A stretch of 62,732 nt of DNA, counting the filler, from Fonticula-like sp. SCN 57-25 (lineage: Eukaryota): assembly GCA_001724245.1 (NCBI GenBank). It is 6 parts of 6 records of this genome, joined end to end, with 100 filler letters (N's around TTAATTAATTAA, not from the genome) between each part and the next. Parts side by side here need not be neighbours in the genome. Positions count along the whole stretch, not along the records: positions 53,360 to 62,732 come from MEDX01000258.1; 5 more parts are not named here. The stretch is one strand, 5' to 3'. Below, piece by piece: positions 56,242 through 62,732 of the stretch (positions are counted from its first letter, which is position 1; each line of letters opens with the position of its first letter). Under the pieces are notes generated by a model. It was not told the origin of the DNA. It saw only the letters and a program-made list of their open reading frames with translations, and searched no databases. The translations under genes and the position numbers were made by a program.

Positions 56242-58583
56242 TTACATGACGATCCTCTCGATCGAATAGTCGCGCGCGACCGCCGGCGCCGACCTCTGCC
56301 TGAGCAGCAGCTGCATGACCCCGCTGAGCTGCCCCTGCAGCGACTCTACCGCCGTGCACACGTCAAGATGCTCGTGCGTGAGCTTGCGCAGATCGGCAAA
56401 CACCTCGTGCGCCGTCGGCGAGAGCACAATGCGCGCAAAGTGCGCGTCGAGCACCATGCACAGCCAGTCGATGGTCTGCGCGAGCGACGGAATGCGCTGG
56501 CACGTCGCCGCGCGCAGCGACGTGTCGAGCGAGGCGAGGTGCTTCTTGAGGAGGCTGTGGAGCAGCCGCAGCAGGAAAAGCGACTGCTTATAGTCGAGGT
56601 TGCGGAGATACGCGTCCATAAAGACGTCGTTGCGCGGCGCCGACAGCACAAGGTAGAGGAAAGCGTCGCGCGCAGCGTCGCCCTCGAGCGCCGCCGGCAG
56701 ACCCGTCTCGGCCTCGCGCGCCGCCGCGTACTTTGCGAGCTCGTCGTCGGCCGCGCCCGACAGGCCGTGCTGCAGAATGTGCAGCAGCTGCGACTCGGGG
56801 ATGTCGTGCACGCACATCAGGCAGCAGTCGAGCAGCCTAAAGTTTTGGCGCTCAATCAGCGCGGGGATCAGATTGTCCTCGAGCGTCGCCGACACGGCGT
56901 GCGACTGAATCAGGTGCGCAAGAACGTCCTCGGCAAAGTGCTGCGGCGAGGAAAGGCTCATCTGAAGCACCTCGTGGATGAAGCGCTGCGACTGGCTCGG
57001 CGTCATGCGGCGCTTGCCGGGCGCGGGGGCGGCGGGCTCGGGCACGCCGGCGGCAGCAGAGGCGGCGGCAGCGGCAGCGGCCTGCTTCTCAACAAACGCA
57101 AAGAAAATCTCGCCAAACGCGCGCGGCGATGCCGACGCGGCGAGGCGCTTGAGCACAGCGTCCTCGTCGTCGACGGCCGGGTCGCCGCCAGCGCGCAGCG
57201 AAGCGACTTCGGCCTTGTCGAGGTGCGGCAGCGTCTGCTTGAGGCGGCCGAGCGCGCCCAGCAGCGTGGCCGCCGGTGGGCACGTCACGGGGACGAGGTG
57301 CGCGACGCCGTACGCCGTGCCGATAAGCGCCATGTCGTTGGCAAAGGAGGCGCGGATCGGCAGCGCCGTCAGGGAGGACGCGCCGTCGACAGAGGGGAGC
57401 GACGACTCGCTCTGAAGGGTGCCAAACTGGAGGTCCCAGAGGGCGGCAAAGTCCGCGCCGCCGGTGCGGTACGAGACGAGCGCGTGGGAGCCGGGGAGAG
57501 CGACCACGGCAACATTGGCGCGCGCGGCAGAGGCGGCGGCCGGGGTGGCCTTGGCGCGAGCCTGCTTGCGGGGGGTCGCCGAGGTGGCGGCCGACGAAGA
57601 AGAAGACTCTAGCGACGCAAAGGCGTCCATGCGAAGCGACAGCATCGTCTGCGGGACGGGCGAAGAAACAGAAAAGCGGCAGAGGTGCCCGGCGCTGCTA
57701 AAGACAACAAGCGTCTCGCCGTGAAAGTCGGCAGCGAGAACAGTCTCGGAAGGGCCGCCAGGCTGAAAAAGGGTCAGTAAAGGACACGGGAAAACGAAGA
57801 AAGACGAAAAGTAACACAAACCACACCCAAATAATCAACCAAAATAACCAATGAAAGTGCGACATACGAATTGGAGCGTGGACGATTCGGCCGAGACGAT
57901 GCCGCCGCGAGCCACCGGCAGGACGTACTGCAAGAGCACGCCAGAAACAAAAAGAATGGCAACGCGGATCGTCGCCTCGTCGCTCTCCACAACAGCGCTC
58001 GCGCACACGGTCGACGCCACGGGGCTCGACGGCTCGCCGATCACGTAGATGCGGCGGTCGGCGATGCTCCAGCAACCCACGCGGCCCGACGCAAAGATCA
58101 CGAGGGCGTCGTCGTTGAGCGCCTGCGCGGCTGTCGTCAACGCCACAACGGCCTCATCCGTCTAAAAGCGTGCATTCACGAGTGTCAGTGACAGGGACCA
58201 ATGAGGGCTGGCGGGGGCGCACCGCTTGGTTCTGTGCCTTGTCAAACTCGACCGTGTCAAACGTCCACGTGGAAAGCATTCGCCCGCCTTCCTGGACGGA
58301 AAAGAAGCGCTTACTGCTCTGGTGCTGCACAATTGGGCTGCAGAAAGAGAGGCCTGGCCTCGTCGACCAGCTGTGAACACACCTGCGCTCGTGGATCTGG
58401 CGAGAGAGGTAAGACACGGCGACAAGGAAAGGAATCGCAGCGCACATTATACAAAGAGATTCCATTTTCATTCGCAGCGATAATCGCCGCGGGGGCTCCT
58501 GACGCAGTCACGCCAAAGGAAACTCCCGCAACGCCAGCAGCGAAGCCGCTTAGCGGAGAAGGGTCGCCGATCTGCGCCGCCAT
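56242..58583 (-). CDS. NOL11: Nucleolar protein 11/Utp8-like (multi-exon)
   Basis: HDIPESQLL, IPSLAQTIDWLCMVLDAHF and terminal YSIERIVM, with an N-terminal propeller-like region. Confidence 0.75.
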
Positions 58584-58671
58584 CGTCTCTCGACACGCAC
58601 GTGGAACAAATGATGCAAACTGCAAACCGACTTGCAATCTATCGACGCCCTGTGCCCAGCCAGTGCCCGCC

Positions 58672-59124
58672 ATGGACCAAATGGGCCGGCTCGAGGATGT
58701 TCTCGCGCTCCGCGACGCGGTCTACGCTCGCCTTTCTGCCTACTTGCGGTTGAGAAACCAGCTTGAGCCGTTAAAGGTCGCGAATCAGCCGTCGCTCAAG
58801 ACGCAGGTCGACATTGGCTCGAGCGTCTTTATGCAGGCTAGAGTGTACGCACGCGCGATCGTTCGATCGACAAGTAGCAATGGCGCTAACCCCACGCGAC
58901 AGGGCGGACGCCTCAAAGGTCTTTATCGACGTGGGCTGTCAGACATTCGTCCCGATGACGCTTCCCGACGCGCTAAAGTTCATCGACTTTATCGAAGCGC
59001 GCCTTACAGAGTACGAACTGGACGAAGATGTATGTTCGCGATCTGACTTGGTGTGTCGCGCAGGAGCGCACAGCGCTACACAGACCAAGCTCTTCAGCTC
59101 CGCGCCAAGCTCCTTGGCGCATAG
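58672..59124 (+). CDS. UXT: Prefoldin-like alpha subunit UXT (3 exons)
   Basis: LKTQVDIGSSVFMQARV|ADASKVFIDVG...MTLPDALKFID. Confidence 0.82.
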
Positions 59125-59249
59125 TCGCGGTTGAAGCGCTTGCACATGCTTCTTCGCTCATCGCGGCGATGGCCATTTTTCACAATCATTTTAGCATTTA
59201 CCTTTTATTCCTTGTACTAATATCCATATTCTACCTCAATATCTTCTAC

Positions 59250-59968
59250 CTAGTCCCCCTTGCCGCCGCGCCCCGTGAGTGTGCGTATCTCTGCCTCCAG
59301 CGCGAGGCACTGCGCGCTGCATTCCCTGTTGCGCTCCTGTGCCGCGGCCACCTGCGAGTGCAGCTCGCCCCGCTCGCGCTCAAAGTGCACCTGCAGCGTG
59401 TGCCGCGCCTGGCCGAGCGACGCCATTTCGTCCGAGCACGACTGAATCTACGCGGTGTTACGAAAGGCGCACACACGAATGTTTGTGGCGTACCGCCTGC
59501 TGCTTGCCGTGAATGAGCCGCGCGAGCTTGCGAAGCTGCTCTTCGGAGGCGCGCGCGCGCGTTTTCCTGGCGGCGGCCCACGTAGAAAACTCTTGCGCAG
59601 AGGCCAGAGAGCCCAGGCGCGTCCTCAGAGCGTCCACTTTGTGCGCACATGGTGAGCTAGTTTCGCGGTAGTAAATGAGGCGCACCGCGCTCAGTGGCGC
59701 TCGTGAGCTTTGCCTGCAAGTCGGCGACCTGCTGCTGGAGTGGCAGCGTAGCGGTAAACGCGGCGTCGTTCAGCTTTGCAGTGCCGCACAGTTGGGAAAC
59801 ACGACGCGCGCACCTGGTACACACGCTCAGCGCCAAAAAAAAGATAGTCAAAGAATACCTTTGGGCGGCCTCAAGCTGCTCTTCGGCAAGAAAGCGCGCC
59901 TCGCCAAGCGCGCCAATGCGCTCCTGCACAAACGCGTCGTGCTGCAAGACGCCTCCGACGGCACTCAT
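59250..59968 (-). CDS. Hypothetical coiled-coil protein (multi-exon)
   Basis: A/Q/E/L-rich ORF pieces separated by short GT-AG introns. Confidence 0.55.
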
Positions 59969-60611
59969 GGGCGCGACTTACAAAGAGACTCGCTTTGGTA
60001 CACGGTTTGGCGGGAAACCACACTCGAAACCAAATTCACATTGGGCACTTTAAGGCAATTTTTGTTGGCGGGAAATTGCTCTATAATTCAATTTGGGCAT
60101 TCAAAGAGCAATGCACAGCTTCAAGAAAGAGGCATGCTAGCAGCTGTACTTACAGTATAGTACTTTGTGGTCAAACATGCAGCATTATTGTCTATACTGC
60201 ACGCATGCAACACCTGATCTGCACAGCCAGCGTTGGGTGCTTGGCAGCGGCCGCTACCCATTTTTAGTATATTTCTTATTTCTTTATGTCGAACACCGTT
60301 CGGCACCTTCCAATGGCCACCTCAGTCAACGCGCCAAACGCGCTTTTGCACAAAAAATGTCGCAAGTGTCGCACAGTGTCATTTAATGAATTGAAAAAGA
60401 GTAACTAAAACACGGGGGTATCCATAATGGAAAATGGGAAAGTGGTGTCTTCTTATAACAAAAAAGCGGCAACTGAACTCTGAAAGAATAAAAAAAAGAA
60501 AATCAAAAAAGGGCGAGAAACGAGGGCCGGTATGAAATGGATTCTCGCGATGCCACTTTCAGCACGCGCGACCTCTTTCTCCCTCTCTCTCTCATACTCC
60601 CTTCTCCTCCT

Positions 60612-61470
60612 TTAAAGCATGGTGCAGCCGCCCTTCTTCTGGTTGCCACCCTTGCCACCCTTGGCGCTCTTGGACGGGAGCTGCTTGTTGATCTGGCGAA
60701 CCAGGTCAAAGAAAACCTCATCGACATTGATCTTCTTGCGCGCCGACGTCTCAAGGAACGTGACACCGCCCCACTGGTCAGCGAGCCGGCTGCCCTGCTC
60801 CTTGCCCACCGTGCGGTCGTCCTCGAGATCGCACTTGTTGCCGACAAGCACCATTGGCACCTTGTCAGTGTCCTTCACGCGCAAGATCTGCTCGCGGAGC
60901 TCGGCGAGATCGTTGAAAGTCGCCTGGGAGGTGATCGAGTACACAAGAACAAAGCCCTGGCCGTTCTTCATGTAGAGATCGCGCATCGCTGTGAATTGTT
61001 CCTACAAGGCCAAAATCAAAAGAAATCGGGATTGACCAAATGGGCAAGGATGACAAGGAAAAAGAGAGATATAATTAGCTTTAAAAGTCGATAGAAAGGG
61101 GGCACGCACCGTGCCGGCCGTATCGAGAATCTCGAGCATGCACTGGTTGCCCTCAATCTCGACCTGCTTGCGGTACGAATCCTCAATGGTGGGATCATAC
61201 TTCTCAACAAAGATCGACTGGACAAACTGGACGGTCTGCTCTCCGGAAATAATAAAACAATATCAATGAGAGTGACAGATACGCAGAAAAGAGTAAGCGA
61301 GGCAAGACGGGGTAGAAAAAGAGGCGAGTCAACGAATCCAAGGATGAGCACAAATTGAATTTTCAACATTGGTTAGCCAAATAATAGGTCAATCAAAAGC
61401 GGGAAAAACGCACCAGGGCGGACTTGCCGACACCTCCGGAACCAAGAACGACAAGCTTGTACTCACGCAT
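60612..61470 (-). CDS. RAP1: Ras-related GTPase Rap1 (3 exons)
   Basis: [36 protein letters not shown] (Thr61), NKCD and CaaX CTML. Confidence 0.97.
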
Positions 61471-61814
61471 TGTGATTGAAGGGGTGCGTGTGCAAAATGT
61501 ACCGCGTGCGTTCCCTTTGGAGGAGAGAGAATAATGTAGTCGTCAAACGGGAAACACGCTCTTTTTTCCCTTTTCCCAAAAGTTCTTGGAACCACCCGCC
61601 ACGCGATGCGTCTCAAATTAGGTGAACGTAACATGGGCCAATATGGGATCAATCTCAACATATTTGACCGGTGAGACGATGTGACTAATCGAGGTGGTAA
61701 ATCTGACTTTTGCTGACGCACTCAATGTTTTTCGTGACGCAAGCCGGATTATCGCATGCGATATTGTGGCAGTGTTGTGGCAGGAGTTGTCGTTGAAGCG
61801 CAGCCAGGCGGGCC

Positions 61815-62691
61815 ATGTCCACAACGTGGTACGACACGGCCAATGAGGGCGGCAATGCCTACGGGGCAGGCGCAGGAATGGCGATGCCCCAGCACCAGCA
61901 GGGGAGCCGCCGTCTGCACGATCCCATTCAGGTGTCATGGAGCACGGCATTCGGCACGGGCGGCTTTGATGACGAGCCGCCACTTTCGGAAGGTGCGTGG
62001 CTGTGATCACGGCAAATCCGCGTTAACGCATCGCCGCAGAACTCGGCATCAACCTCGAGCACATTCGCAAGAAGGCCATGGTTGTGCTTAATCCCCGCAA
62101 GGTTCTCGAGGCGGAAGTTCTGAACGACGACGACCTCGCGGGTCCTCTTCTCTTCTGCCTCACATTCGGCGCGATGCTTCTCCTGGTGCGCCGACGCCAT
62201 TCACTTTGCTGCGGCTGACACTCGTGGTTTAATGTAGGCTGGAAAGTTCCATTTTGGTTATATTTACGGACTGGCCCTGGTCGGCTGCATCGCCCTCTAC
62301 TTTTTGCTTAATCTCATGTCGCCCACTGGGTACATTGCGCATGTCGTCCCAGAGCCCCTTTGCTAATTCTAATAATAGGCTGGATGGGTACCGCACGGCG
62401 TCGGTGCTCGGCTACTGCTTGTTGCCGATGGTTCTCTTGTCGGTGATCCAGGTCATCGTGCCCATCGAGTACGCACCCGCTCGTTTCCTCGACGGCATCA
62501 ATTAACGTGCCCTGTGCCTTTGTAGTAGCGGAGTTTTTTCTTTTGTTGTTGCACTTTTGACGGTCGGATGGTGCACCTTTTCGGCATCCTCAATGTTTGT
62601 CACCGTGCTCGGCATGCACAACCAGCGCGCCCTGGTGGCTTACCCCGTTAGTCTCTTTTACACATGCTTTGCTCTCATGTCGATCTTTTAA
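61815..62691 (+). CDS. YIP1: Yip1/YIPF5 Golgi membrane protein (5 exons)
   Basis: [36 protein letters not shown] and LVAYPV. Confidence 0.95.
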
Positions 62692-62732
62692 AACAATAAT
62701 ATGTTTCGCATTTTCGATATTTCATACATGTA

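Noticed and set aside
61237-61412. Long Rap1 intron 1 as another possible snoRNA host
   Set aside because: It has only tiny hairpins, with no pocket-plus-box structure or C/D pair.

Overview
The window joins six unlinked contigs with 100-nt N linkers that contain TTAATTAATTAA, so neighbourhood across the linkers means nothing. Contig 1 (1-9646) is intronless, lower in GC, gene-dense and mostly orphan ORFs. It holds a repeat fibre-like protein, two ankyrin-repeat genes, two paralogous Cys-rich membrane proteins and a Ulp1/SENP-type protease, and it looks like giant-virus (NCLDV-like) DNA, although no hallmark gene is present. Contigs 2-6 appear to come from one GC-rich, compact unicellular eukaryote, probably an opisthokont protist or early-diverging fungal relative, with short introns and GTRCG donors. 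They carry housekeeping genes: DCTN1, TFIIH p62, URI1, REV3, CHMP1, PKA-R, RhoGEF, Fkh/FOXK, SerRS, GSTZ, CDC20, glutaminase, SF3B6, AROM, NOL11, UXT, Rap1 and YIP1. Exon boundaries were read by eye. The four best leads are: (1) a candidate single-hairpin, AGA-box pseudouridylation guide RNA in the long last CHMP1 intron, with an 11-bp match around 18S Psi1415; (2) a C/EBP/PAR-type bZIP gene with a spliced 50-codon uORF whose frame depends on a 50-nt intron, plus an upstream 21-bp hairpin and adjacent perfect CRE and C/EBP palindromes; (3) the virus-like contig; (4) a sense-oriented TGCAGTTTGC motif just upstream of four start codons.
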